In this document: in pieces, positions 1-12,678 of the stretch | Numbering within the stretch: the first letter of the stretch is position 1 | How the letters are laid out: each line of letters starts with the position of its first letter | DNA from: Pristiophorus japonicus | Taxonomy: Eukaryota | Reading direction: 5' to 3' | DNA: 64,000 nt | NCBI RefSeq assembly: GCF_044704955.1 | Contig: NC_091984.1 | Coordinates: 146,940,001-147,004,000 of the forward strand | Notes under the pieces: generated by a model | What the model was told of the DNA's origin: nothing | Seen by the model: the letters and a program-made list of their open reading frames with translations, nothing else | The model's database searches: none | Position numbers and translations under genes: made by a program

Positions 1-1998
1 TTTCTTTCTTCAAATTAGGTTTTGTATTTTACACGGAGGGCCCGTAACTCCATAAAGTTGTTAATTTAAAATTTAAATCCTTTTTTTGTTTTGAGCTAGA
101 AGCTTTCTTAAAAGGCATTCTTTATCTCATTCCGAGACTAAATTTATGTCTTTCAATCCAATGTAATCAATCATTGCACGTTTTCTTTCGACAAGTAAAT
201 TCTTTTTTTTTTTAACCACCGTGACCATGTATTTATTATGTTTTACTCAACAAACCTATCCTTTGTACATTTCCGAGCTCCGTAACTTATCATCCGAATA
301 AATCCACACCTGCGTTTCTAATTTAAAATGTCTTAAAACTTTCCACATACAGAACAACACTACAAAGGGTTAACTAAAATAAACAGACACTTGCATTCCT
401 CTTCCAACCAGGCTTTCAGAAACATGACAACATAAAAATTCATTCCGCAGTTACAAAATCACACAGGGACTCTCACTCAACGACCAGACATTTACAACAG
501 TCTCTCTTCTTTCCTTTAAAATTTTGGATCCATTGAAACTTTCAAGGAATTCATAGTTTTATCTAAATAATTCCTCACATAACTTTTGTAGTGGACAACC
601 GGTATTGTTTTTTTTTTCCGTTCCTTCACCCACCATTCCCGTTAGGTTGCTGACAGGTCCTACCCTGCTCTAATCATTTTCTCGATTAGTTTCACTTGCT
701 TTTCCGCCAGATGGCGGGTAATGGACCCTTCTGATCCCCACTCGAGTTTACTTGTTTTCATGGTCATTCCTGGGTAGGACTAGTACCGTTAGGAATCTAC
801 TCTCAGAGGTCCGCTTCCTTCCCAGCGCAACTTGGAGTAGACCGTCTCCTAGCTACTGTCAGGTCACAAGTTCTGCTGTTACACAAACTTATACAATTCT
901 TAAAACGCGTTTAACCAATTTCCCGCAGTGCTCTACGTATCCTTAACGACTACCTACCACCGCTCGGCCCATTGGTCCGACCCTGTTCACAGGTTTGGAT
1001 TCCGTTAGCCACTGTACACCGCTTGGTTCTACCCTGGGGTGTATTTCAAATTACTCTGCTGGGTCCGGAAGATGTCTTTCAGTATCACGATCCCACGGTC
1101 TAAGTGTGTTCCCGACGCCTACTTGGTTCCTGGCCGTCACTTGGGACAAAAGTCCTCTTAATTCAGACGCAGGCTAGGCGTTTGAGATATTAGATCATCT
1201 CCTCGTGTCGATCAACCAGCTTCCACCTTCTGCACCCTTTATAATTAAAAATCGTTTTTTTATACTCACCCGGGCTTTTTTCAAGGGCGCCCAGCGACTC
1301 CGGGGAATCCTGCCGACTATGCCATTGTTAGCGTGAATGTTTTCTCAGAAGAATCACTCAACACTCAGAGTCGGTTCCAACGCCAATGCAGCCTTTATTA
1401 AAGCTCAGCGGGGAGGAAGTCTCAGGACTGTATCCAGGCTTCTCTCCACTGAACAAAGGTTTTCATGGATCTTTATATGTTTTACAACAGTTTACTACAG
1501 TTACATACAACAGTTTACTACAGTTACATTAGACCAATAGCATTAGTCTCTAAACGTAAAGTGGCTCATGTGTTGCCAAGAGATGTGTTGCTAAGGGGTG
1601 TGTTGCTAGGGATGACTCATGTGTCTTGTAACATGGCCTGGGCCTCTCTTATCTTACTGTCCTTGGAAGCTGGCATTGGGTAGCCTCCTTATTAGAGTTA
1701 CATATTCGGTTCTTGTCAGCTCGGGCTGATTCATGCCCTCGTTATGTGATGTAGGCCCCTCTTATCTCTATTTCTCGGGGCTCTGCTGTGTGGAGTTACA
1801 ATGGTTTGTTATAGTTATCTTGTATTCAAGGCAGTCCTGGCAGTGGGCCTCACAGGGTTATTGCTCGGTCTGCCTCAGTCAATAGTTCACAGCTTGACTA
1901 CCTGATTTCCCATCATGCCTGGGCAGCCATTTTATGTGTGGCCACTTTAAACTTATATGAGTTTAGATATATTCAGCAGGTGCATAATGCCTACAACA
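1..1998 (-). mobile_element. LTR element A2: 5' LTR (1326-1998), PBS and leader, running off the left edge; same family as A1
   Basis: 1326-1998 is a diverged reverse complement of the LTR at 6435-7164 (TGTTGTAGG...CTAACA). 1-800 is a reverse-complement homologue of 1999-~3160. Confidence 0.85.
1307..1324 (-). promoter_or_regulatory. Primer binding site, tRNA-Ser
   Basis: Minus strand TGGCATAGTCGGCAGGAT, 1 nt from the LTR end; one mismatch to the complement of the vertebrate tRNA-Ser 3' end. A splice donor CGG|GTGAGT follows at 1269. Confidence 0.85.
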
Positions 1999-2031
1999 GT
2001 TGATTCCTAACGGTTCTAGTCCTATCCAGGA

Positions 2032-2247
2032 ATGGCCATGAAAGCAAGTAAACTCGAGTGGGGATCAGACGGGTCCATTACCCGCCATCTGGCGGAAAAG
2101 CAAAAGAAACTAATCGAGAAAATGATTAGAGCAGAGTGGGATACTCAGGACCTGCCAGCAACCCAACGGGAATGGTGGGAGAAGGAACGGAAAGTCAAAA
2201 AGAAAAAAAAGGCTGTGGTCTTGATACTGCGAGCCCATGTAAATTAA
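2032..2247 (+). pseudogene. Possible gag (matrix-like) N-terminal stub of element A
   Basis: First ORF after the leader, also present at ~610-770 on the minus strand in A2. Assignment rests on position only. Confidence 0.35.
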
Positions 2248-4280
2248 CATAGGAAGTTAATCAATAAAAGAAACTGACGGTGATTGTCTTAAGTGAAGTA
2301 TGGAAGAGGAATAGAGCCAGCCAAAACAATTAATAGGAAAGAAGAGAGATTTTTGTGAACGTCTGTTTTAAATGAGAAGTGCCTGTGTGATTTTTGACTG
2401 CGGAATGAATTTTTTATGTTTTCATGTTCCGAAAGCCTGGTTGGAAGAGGAATGCAAGTGTCTGTTTATTTTCAAAACAGAGAGAAAGTCTTTTTTAACC
2501 CTTTGTAGTGTTGTCCTGTATGTGGGAAGTTTTAAGACATTTAAGTTAGAAATGCCGGTGTGGATTTATTCGGATGATTCGGATGATAACTTACGGAGCT
2601 AGGAAATGTACAAAGGATAGGTTTGTTGAGCAAAAGATAAAAAAATACATGGTCCCGGTGGTTAAAAAAAAGAATTTACTTGTCGAAAGAAAATATGCAA
2701 TGATTGATTACATTGGATTGAAAGACATAAATTTAGTCTCGGAATGAGACAAAGAATGCCTTTTAAGAAAGCTTCTAGCTCAAAACAAAAAAAAAAGGTT
2801 TTAAATAAAGATTGAAATTACAAAGTTTGAATTGGGATTTTGAGGTATTCAGAGAAGGCACAGAAAATACTGAGGTGGATTCAAAAAAGAAAGAGATTAA
2901 ATTAAATTTGATCAGGTCAAACTCCTGGGCGAGTGGCGAGCTATCTGTGAAGGTGTAAAAGGAACTTTTGGAAAATTTTGGGATAACTAAAAGCAGCCCT
3001 TAAACCCTCAAAGCTGGACTCCATTCCAGTTATGGAGAAAAAGAAAAAGATAAAGACGCCACTTTGAAAGTAAACAAATGATTTTAAATTAACAACTTTA
3101 TGGAGTTACGAACCCTCCGTGTAAAATACAAAACCTAATTTGAAGAAAGAAAAAAAAAAGATGTAACGGACTAAATAAGTGCTGAAAAGAAAAAAATGTG
3201 TTTGTGATGGAAAAATACATAACTTACTAAATACTAGTTGATGTTTGCTGTGAAAAAGATATTGGTTTAATTAGAAGAAAAAAAATTGGAAGAGGTAAAA
3301 AACACTCGACATGGATTCGAATTTTAAATTATGAGAAAGTTTCAATGCAGTTTGAAAAGATTTCGAAAATGGACAGTGTTTATCAAGAAAAGTCCCGAAC
3401 AGTCTAAACAAGCAGGAGGGTTTTGAAGATAACGAGGAGAAAGAGAGAAATTTAAAATAAAACAAAATTGAATTTCAGTAAACAATATTGCTATTAAAAA
3501 TGTGTGGTCTCGTTTTATATCAATTTAAAAAAAAAAGATTTCTTTGGCAAGTGCTTGAATTAGATGTTAAGAAAACATTGGAGTTTTAACGGATTCCTAA
3601 TTTCTAAGCAAATTTGAAGGCACAAAGACTTTTTTTTTCAGATGATTACGTGAAGTCACGTAATGACATCAGGTCTTCTTACAAACCTGGAAAGGAGTTA
3701 ACCCTTTCCATTGACAGCCGTTTGATACTGAATATTCTTAATAGAAAAAAAAGACTCACCTAACAGAGGAAACAAAAATAAAAACAGAACTAGCTTATGT
3801 AATAATACTTGCCTGATACAATAAAGAAATAGATACTCAATAAAACAAATTAAAAGCTAAGATAAACAGGCTGGAAGAGATAACGGGACGAGACGGATAG
3901 TGCAGTGAGCAGCCATAGCACCATCACCTATGGCAATAGAGCCAATGTACCCCACGGTGGGTAGGTGTAGTCCACAAACCCAACCTAACGGTAAAGCAGA
4001 CAACGATGTTTGGAGGAATAATGGTGGCATTGGTGTTGATTGGAGTTTGTTATAATATGGGTCATCGTGCAGGCTCGAGCACAGAAGGCTCAAACGCAAA
4101 ACCGACGGCAGCCCAGACAGGGCCATGAAGTGATAGAGATGGTACGACTATAAAGAATATGGTTAACCTAATCCTTACCTCCGATTCCACAGAGTGACAG
4201 CGACACAAGTAGATCAGAACCTAACACCTGGTGACGACCAGGCTATCTGTTTAAAATTTTCAGGTAAAACACTCACCAAG

Positions 4281-6258
4281 ATGGGACCGCAGTGGTGACT
4301 CCGACTCTGGGGATTCATGATACTGGGAACCTCAAGACCCACGCAAACACTGGATGATACCAACGGATTGCAGCGCACTCAGGAAATAAACAACAACATG
4401 AACTATGGAGTCTTGTTTAATTTAACGGATGGAATGTGCATCCCAGCAGCCAAGGACTGGAGCAAGGACAGGACTTATTTTAATGCATGGTTACAAGTAA
4501 ATCCTAAGAACCGGGTATGTGTACAGTGCTTCACGGGTATAAGGAGCTGCTGCATTAAACGGAGGGATGTCAAAGGGCCCGATGAATGTACTTTCGGCAT
4601 AATTTGCACGCCTCCCGGACAGTCCCAGCAATCAGTCATCCGCAAAAAGGGAGTGGGGCTGTGTGGGTACTACAAGGAGGTGGGGGCGGCTGCAATATCA
4701 TTGTATGTGTGCTTCTCACCCCATCCGACACCGCGCCCCATAACAACCACTACATTGTCCGAGGAACTACCTTGTCCCATAACTATTAAGAGACCAGAAA
4801 ATGGGATTGTAATGTACAACGAAGGGGAATTATTGTATAATAATGTTCAACATGAAATTGTGCCTGTCCTGATCAATATTTCAGGCATCCAGATGCCGGA
4901 ATACTGTACGGAACAGTCAAGGAAAATGTACAATGTATTAAGTAAAGTTGTAATGCAGCAGGCAGCCGATGCAATGGGTGCCAGTAGATTCCGAGGACAG
5001 GGGTAAGCCCCCAGGATAAAGAGCGGAATAGTTAATGATGTTGCTACCGGTTTCAATACAGGGACCTCCGTAGTAAACTCGATAGATATACAAGGGTTAA
5101 ATGAGAGGGTGGGACAGCTTAGAGGGGTGATGAAGGGGTTATTAGAGAGGGTGGAGCAAAACCAGGAAGACCAAGCCAACCTAGGAAAGGAGGGTGCCGA
5201 AATCCAGTTGTATGGCATCTCAGTCCTGGAAGCTCATGTCAAAACCATCAATCACCTCATTGATAGAGAAAAAGAAGATACAGGAAAGCAAAGACAGGGG
5301 CAACTCTGTCACGCTTATGGTCTGTGGATGGTGGGACAGATCCGCCACAATCTCGACCAGATCCAACGCGGGGAAGTACCCGATTGGATAGGCAGTTCAC
5401 ATCTGGCTCAGTTGGCTAACCAGAGGGGGATACTGGATAATTGTACTCTGAAGGGACTGACCTGAGTATACCCAGCAATTCCAGATTGCCAGATGGGTAG
5501 GAATACTGGGATAGGGATAGTCCTGATGATCCCTATAGCCACGCCGGACTCAGGGCCGTTCCCCCTATACCAACTGGAGAATATCGGAGTAATACGGGAA
5601 AATGTCTCCATACGTTACTACCTGACCACCACCTCCGCCATTCGTCGAAACAACATACTTACTGGGATTTCCCTAACAGATTGCAAGCAAAGGGGGGAAA
5701 TCACAGTATGCCCTCACCCGGTAGGCCGAGGTGAGCTAGACGAGTGCGGGTTTAACCGAACCGATGGGTGTGTACTAGAAATAGTGCCCGCACACAGGCA
5801 CTTCGCGAGGGCAGGCTACGGAGGGAAGGGAAGATACTGCGTCTCTACCACAGAGTGTTCATAATGACTTGCAGTGCGCTATACCACAGCCAAACTTTTG
5901 CTTTACACCACTACGACCTGCCGCGATCGGGCAAGCGCATATCACCCAGGTTAGGTGGCGGAAGCCCGAAGTTATTGATGTCACCGATCAGCTCCATGAT
6001 CATTTGCAGGATTATGACGAGCCAGAGCAGGTCCCTATCCCACATCTAACCGAAGTATTACGAGAATTGAGGCTCAGAGTGGGTCAATCCGTAAAGCTCT
6101 ACCACCAACTGCAAACTAAAATCAAAGTACTGGAAGAAGATATCGATGTAGACTTACAAAGTCAGAGTTGGTGGAGAAAGGTCTGGGACTGGGGAATAAA
6201 TGTGAACATCCATCCTTGGATTCGAATAATTTCACACATACTGGTTGGGATACAATAA
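4281..6258 (+). pseudogene. env: Lokiretrovirus-type envelope (Mononegavirales F-like class I fusion protein), disrupted
   Basis: Acceptor TTTTCAG| at 4263, ATG 4281, signal-like start, Cys-rich N-terminal part, degenerate cleavage site RIKS|GIVNDVATGFNTGTSVVNSIDIQGL, heptad region, Cys-rich region, second heptad, WWRKVWDWG and a TM start. In-frame stops near 4296, 5004 and 5463 and a frameshift near 5860. No CKS-17/CX6CC motif. Confidence 0.75.
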
Positions 6259-6434
6259 AGGGGCAGGAGGATTTGGCCTTTGTCAATTTGATTTCAGCAA
6301 CCGGGACTCCTGAAACCACGTGACTGGCCAGCATGTTGAGGCAGGGAGTACCGGGCCGTGCACAAAATCTAATTAAAATAGGGCGGTCGGTTAAAGGGGG
6401 ACTAGGACTAGTCCCTTTACCGAAAGGAGGGAAT

Positions 6435-7164
6435 TGTTGTAGGCATTAGGCACCTGCTGAATATATCAAAACACTAGGCATTAGGCACCTGCTGAATATA
6501 TCTAAACTCATATAAGTTTAAAGTGGCCACACATAAAATGGCTGCCCAGGCATGATGGGAAATCAGGTAGTCAAGCTGTGAACTATTGACTGAGGCTGAC
6601 CGAGCAATAACCCTGTGAGGCCCACTGCCAGGAATGCCTTGGATACAAGATAACTATAACAAACCATTATAACTCCACACAGCAGAGCCCCGAGAAATAG
6701 AGATAAGGGGGGCCTACATCACATAACGAGGGCATGAATCAGCCCGAGCTGACAAGAACCGAATATGTAACTCTAATAAGGAGGCTACCCAAAGACAGCA
6801 CCCAAGATAAAGGGGCCTGGACAATGTTACAAAATACATGAGTAATTCCTAGCAACACACCCCTTAGCAACGCATCTCTTGGCAACACATGAGCCACTTT
6901 ACGTTTAGAGACTAACTCTATCTATTGGTCTAATTGAATCTATAATCAGTATGATTGGATAGTATCCAGCTGAAATGGGCTGATGTAACTGTAGTAAAGA
7001 ACTATTGTAAAACATATAAATATCGATGAGTTTCTTTGTTCGGCGGAAAGAAGCCTGGATACAGTCCTGCGACTTCCTCCCTACTGGCGTTAATAAAGGC
7101 CGCACTGGCGTTGGAACCGACTCTGAGTGTTGAGTGATTCTTCTGATAAACTCTAACACTAACA
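6435..7164 (+). repeat. 3' LTR of A1
   Basis: TG...CA ends, preceded by PPT; AATAAA near 7092; short internal duplication near the 5' end. Confidence 0.9.
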
Positions 7165-8166
7165 GTGTCAAGCCCCCTCATAATCTTATATGTTTCAATA
7201 AGATCACCTCTCATTCTTCTGATTTCCAATGAGTCGAGGCCCAACCTACTCTACCGTTACTCATAAGTCAACCCCCTTATCCCTGGAATCAACCAAGTGA
7301 ACCTTCTCTGAACTGCCTCCAAAGCAAGTATATCCTTTCTTAAATATGGAAACCAAAACTTTATGCAGTGTTCCAGTTGTGGCCTCACCAATACCCTGTA
7401 TAACTGTAGCAAACACTTCCCTACTTTTATACTCCATCCCCTTTGCAATAAAGGCCAAGATTCCATTGGCCTTCCTGATCACTTGCTATACCTGCACACA
7501 AACCTTTTGTGTTTCATGTACCAGGAACCCCAGGTCACGCTGTACTGTAGCACTTTGTTATTTTTCTCCATATAAATAATAACTTGCTCTTCGATTCTTT
7601 GCTGGATTTTAAAAGCTTTCCAATCTTCTGCCCTCCCACTAGTTTTGGCCACATTGTATGCCCTTGTTTTTAATTGGATACCATCCTTTATTTCTTTAGT
7701 TAGCCATGGATGGCTATCTTTTCTTTTACACCCTTTGCTCCTCACTGGAAGATATTATTCTTGAGAATTATTAAATATCTCCTTAAATATACGTCACTGT
7801 TCATCAACCGTCCTAAATTTTAATCTATTTTCCCAGTCCACTTTAGCCAACTCTGCCCTCATACCTTTGTAGTCTCCTTTATTTAAGCTTAGTACGCTGG
7901 TTTGAGATTCAACTTTCTCACCCTCCATCTGAATTTGCAATTCAACCATGTTATCATCACTCATTCCAAGGGGATCGTTTACTGGGAGATTGTTTATTAA
8001 TCCTGTCTCATTACACTGGACCAGATCTAAGATAGCCTGTCCCCTGGTTGGTTCTGTTACATACTGCTCAAGGAACCCATCCCTTATGTCGTCGATGAAC
8101 TCTTCTTCAACGCTACCCTGACCAATTTGATTTGTCGCATCAATATGGAGGTTAAAATCACCCATT
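7165..8166 (-). mobile_element. CR1 LINE fragment, internally deleted
   Basis: ORF2 pieces: GDFNLHID endonuclease motif, and LYRVLVRPQLEHC / RRMRGDLIETYKI C-terminus. Confidence 0.9.
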
Positions 8167-8889
8167 ACAAGTCATACCACAACAACTTCCAGCGCGAGCT
8201 GCTCCACGTGAGCAACGGCTTCGAGGTGGGCGATTGGGTGATGTCATCAGGACCCAGGTCGCCATTTGGAGCGTGGGCAGGAGCATCAGCTGGGCCTAGA
8301 TAAAGGAGAGAAGCGGGAAGGTCATGGCGGAGGTGTGGCAAGTGATTGAGACGGAGGAGCGATGAGGGATCATGGCTGAGATTCGGTATGTGATCGTGGC
8401 AGAGGTCCGGCAAATGTTTAGTGCGGAGGTGCGGTGGGAGACTGTGGCAGAGGTCAGGCTGATGTTTGATGCAGAGGTGCGGCGAGAGATCGTGGCGGAG
8501 GTCAGGCGAATGTTTGGTGCAGAGGAGCTGTGAGAGATCGTGGCAGAAGTGCGACTAATGAGGGTTCGGAACCCAAAAGAGCCGAGGGCCCAGGGGCAGC
8601 ACGGGCCTGCCCACACTGCGATATGTGTGCGCACTAGATCCATGCAGCAGAGCAGGTCTCCAGTCGTCCTGGTTTACCCTTGCCATTGGATAAAGGCCTA
8701 GCTCTTTCAAGCCCGTGTGGTGGCTGATGTGCAACAGTCACCACATGTTAAAGAAAATCTACACATAGGCATCTTCCACCCCCTCAATTGCCGTTCAGGA
8801 CTAGAATATCGGGTTCTTCATTGAGACATCTCTGAACTCATTTGGAAGCAAGTCATCCTCGTTCGAGGGATCACCAAAGATGATGATGA
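8167..8889 (+). mobile_element. RTE-tailed non-autonomous retroposon with internal ~48-bp tandem repeats
   Basis: Ends GGAAGCAAGTCATCCTCGTTCGAGGGA...(GAT)n, like the RTE 3' ends at ~48270 and ~60290; 48-bp repeats at ~8395-8550. Confidence 0.55.
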
Positions 8890-9221
8890 GTAGGTCAGTG
8901 AGGTCATTGGCAGTAGGTCAGTGAGGTCATGGGCAGTAGGGCAGTGAGGTCTGGGGCCAATACGTGAGTGAGGTCAGGGGTCATATTGGAACAGCACTTG
9001 GTGTGAGGCAGGGTACGGACACTATATTTTGGAAAGTTGGGGTTTATGGAGAGCGGATGAAGAAAGCCGGAAGGGGACATCGAAATAATCGAGTTTGGAG
9101 ATGAGACAAGCAGGACTAAGTATTTCTTCCGTCAAGGGGCTGATGTAGGGCGGAAATGGGTAATGTTGGAGATGGAAATAAGAGGCCGACATAATGGAGA
9201 GAATGTGTGATTCGAAGTTCA

Positions 9222-9555
9222 GCTATTGGTGGACCAATAGGAAGGAGCCATGTTTCCTGGTCCCTATTGGGGGACCAATAGGAAGGAGCCATGCTTCCTC
9301 GTCCATATTGCAGGACAGATAGGAAGGAGCTTAGTTTCCTGGTCTAATTGGAGGACCAATAGAAATGAGCCATTTTTCCTGGTCTCTATTGGGAGACCAA
9401 CAGAAAGGAGCCATGATTCCTGGTCTCTATTGGGGAACCAACAGGAAGGAGCCATATTTCCTGGTGCCTATTGGGAGACCAATAGGAAGGAGCCATATTT
9501 CCTGGTCCCGATTGGGGAACCAATAGGAAGGATCTATGTTTCCTGGTCACTTTTG
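9222..9555 (+). repeat. 41-bp minisatellite, block 1
   Basis: Unit CCAATAGGAAGGAGCCATGTTTCCTGGTCCCTATTGGGGGA, about 8 copies. Confidence 0.9.
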
Positions 9556-12500
9556 GGGAAGTGTTTGCTAGTGCTGTTGGGGAGGAGTTAAACTAATGTG
9601 GCAGGGGGATGGGAACCAATGCAGGGAGACAGAGGGAAACAAAAAGGAGACAAAAGCAAAAGACAGAAAGGAGATGAGGAAAAGTGGAGGGCAGAGAAAC
9701 CCAAGGCAAAGAAAAAAAAGGGCCAATGTACAGCAAAATTCTAAAGGACAAAGGGTGTTAAAAAAATAAGCCTGAAGGCTTTGTGTCTTAATGCAAGGAG
9801 TATCGTAATAAGGTGGATGAATTAACTGTGCAAATAGATGTTAACAAATATGATGTGATTGGGATTACAGAGACGTGGCTCCAGGATGATCAGGGCTGGG
9901 AACTCAACATCCAGGGTATTCAACATTCAGGAAGGATAGAACAAAAGGAAAAAGAGGTGGGGTAGCATTGCTGGTTAAAGAGGAGATTAATGCAATAGTT
10001 AGGAAGGACATTAGCTTGAATGCTGTGGAATCTATATGGGTAGAGCTGCAGAACACCAAAGGGCAAAAAACATTAGTGGGAGTTGTGTACAGACCTCCAA
10101 CCAGTAGTAGTGATGTTGGGGAGGGCATCAAACAGGAAATTAGGGGTACATGCAATAAAGGTGCAGCAGTTATCATGGGTAACTTTAATATGCACATAGA
10201 TTGGGCTAACCAAACTGGAAGCAATACGGTGGAGGAGGATTTTCTGGAGTTCATAAGGGATGGGTTTCTAGACCAATATGTCGAGGAACCAACTAGGGGG
10301 GAGGCCATTTTAGACTGGGTGTTGTGTAATGAGAGAGGATTAATTAGCAATCTCGTTATGCGAGGCCCCTTGGGGAAGAGTGACCATAATATGATGAATT
10401 CTGCATTAGGATGGAGAATGAAACAGTTAATTCAGAGACTATGGTCCAGAACTTGAAGGGTAACTTTGAAGGTATGAGGCATGAATTGGCTACGATAGAT
10501 TGGCGAATGATACTTAAGGGGTTGACTGTGGATGGGCAATGGCAGACATTTAGAGACCGCATGGATGAACTACAACAATTGTACATTCCTGTCTGGCATA
10601 AAAATAAAAAAGGGAAGGTGGCTCAATCGTGGCTATCAAGGGAAATCAGGGATAGTATTAAAGCCAAGGACGTGGCATAGAAATTGGCCAGAAATAGCAG
10701 CGAACCCGGGGACTGGGAGAAATTTAGAACTCAGCAGAGGAGGACAAAGGGTTTGATTAGGGCAGGGAAAATAGAGTACGAGAAGAAGCTTGAAGGGAAC
10801 ATTAAGACGGATTGCAAAAGTTTCTATAGATATGTAAAGAGAAAAAGGTTAGTAAAGACAAACGTAGGTCTCCTGCAGTCAGAATCAGGGGAAGTCATAA
10901 CTGGGAACAAAGAAATGGCAGACCAATTGAACAAGTACTTTGGTTCGGTATTCACTAAGGAGTACACAAACAACCTTCCGGATATAAAAGGGATCAGAGG
11001 GTCTAGTAAGGAGGAGGAACTGAGGGAAATCCTTATTAGTCGGGAAATTGTGTTGGGGAAATTGATGGGATTGAAGGCCGATAAATCCCCAGGGCCTGAT
11101 GGACTGCATCCCAGAGTACTTAAGGAGGTGGCCTTGGAAATAGCGGATGCATTGACAGTCATTTTCCAACATTCCATTGACTCTGGATCAGTTCCTATGG
11201 AGTGGAGGGTAGCCAATGTAATCCCACTTTTTAAAAAAGGAGGGAGAGAGAAAACAGGGAATTTTCGACCGGTCAGCCTGACCTCAGTAGTGGGTAAAAT
11301 GATGGAATCAATTATTAAGGATGTCATAGTAGCGCATTTGGAAAGAGGTGACATGATAGGTCCAAGTCAGCATGGATTTGTCAAAGGGAAATTATGCTTG
11401 ACAAATCTTCTGGAATTTTTTGAGGATGTTTCCAGTAGAGTGGACAAGGGAGAACCAGTTGATGTGGTATATTTGGACTTTCAGAAGGCTTTCGACAAGG
11501 TCCCACACAAGAGATTAATGTGCAAAGTTAAAGCACATGGGATTGGGGGTAGTGTGCTGACGTGGATTGAGAACTGGTTGTCAGACAGGAAGCAAAGAGT
11601 AGGAGTAAATGAGTACTTTTCAGAATGGCAGGCAGTGACTAGTAGGGTACCGCAAGGTTCTGTGCTGGGGCCCCAGCTGTTTACATTGTACATTAATGAT
11701 TTAGATGAGGGGATTAAAAGTAGTATCTCCAAATTTGCGGATGACACTAAGTTGGGTGGCAGTGTGAGCTGTGAGGAGGATGCTATGAGGCTGCAGAGTG
11801 ACTTGGATAGGTTAGGTGAGTGGGCAAATGCATGGCAGATGAAGTATAATGTGGATAAATGTGAGGTTATCCACTTTGGTGGTAAAAACAGAGAGACAGA
11901 CTATTATCTGAATGGTGACAGATTAGGAAAAGGGGAGGTGCAATGAGACCTGGGTGTCATGGTACATCAGTCATTGAAGGTTGGCATGCAGGTACAGCAG
12001 GCGGTTAAGAAAGCAAATGGCATGTTGGCCTTCATAGCGAGGGGATTTGAGTACAGGGGCAGGGAGGTGTTGCTACAGTTGTACAGGGCCTTGGTGAGGC
12101 CACACCTGGAGTATTGTGTACAGTTTTGGTCTCCTAACTTAGGAAGGACATTCTTGCTATTGAGGGAGTACAGCGAAGGTTCACCAGACTGATTCCCAGG
12201 ATGGCGGAACTAACCTATCAAGAAAGACTGGATCAACTGGGCTTGTATTCACTGGAGTTCAGAAGAATGAGATGGGACCTCATAGAAACGTTTAAAATTC
12301 TGATGGGTTCAGAGACGTTAGATGCAGGAAGAATATTCCCAATGTTGGGGAAGTCCAGAACCAGGGGTCACAGTCTAAGGACAAGGGGTAAGCCATTTAG
12401 GACCGAGATGAGGAGAAACTTCTTCACCCAGAGAGTGGTGAACCTGTGGAATTCTCTACCACAGAAAGTTGTTGAGGCCAATTCACTAAATATATTCAAA

Positions 12501-12678
12501 AAGAAGTTGGATGATGTCCTTTCTACTAGGGGGATCAAGGGGTATGGCGAGAAAGCAGGAATGGGGTACTGAAGTTGCATGTTCAGCCATGAACTCATTG
12601 AATGGCGGTGCAGGCTAGAAGGGCCGAATGGCCTACTCCTGCACCGATTTTCTATTTTTCTATGTTTCTATGTTTCTA
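9556..12678 (+). mobile_element. 5'-truncated CR1 LINE (ORF1 end plus disrupted ORF2)
   Basis: Endonuclease and RT ORFs (KFADD), (TTTCTATG)n tail; closely similar to the full-length copy at 42635-47253. Confidence 0.95.

Larger units (their letters stand above)
1999..7164 (+). mobile_element. LTR element A1: pol-less element with gag-like stub, AT-rich decayed region, F-like env, PPT and 3' LTR; its 5' end is displaced by A2
   Basis: PPT AAAGGAGGGAA at 6423-6433, LTR 6435-7164, env remnant 4281-6258. No PR, RT or IN motifs seen in 1999-4280. Confidence 0.85.

Noticed and set aside
1326-7164. Inverted terminal repeats of a DNA transposon or DIRS element
   Set aside because: The repeats are LTRs of two separate copies, one with a PBS and the other with a PPT; no tyrosine recombinase or transposase.
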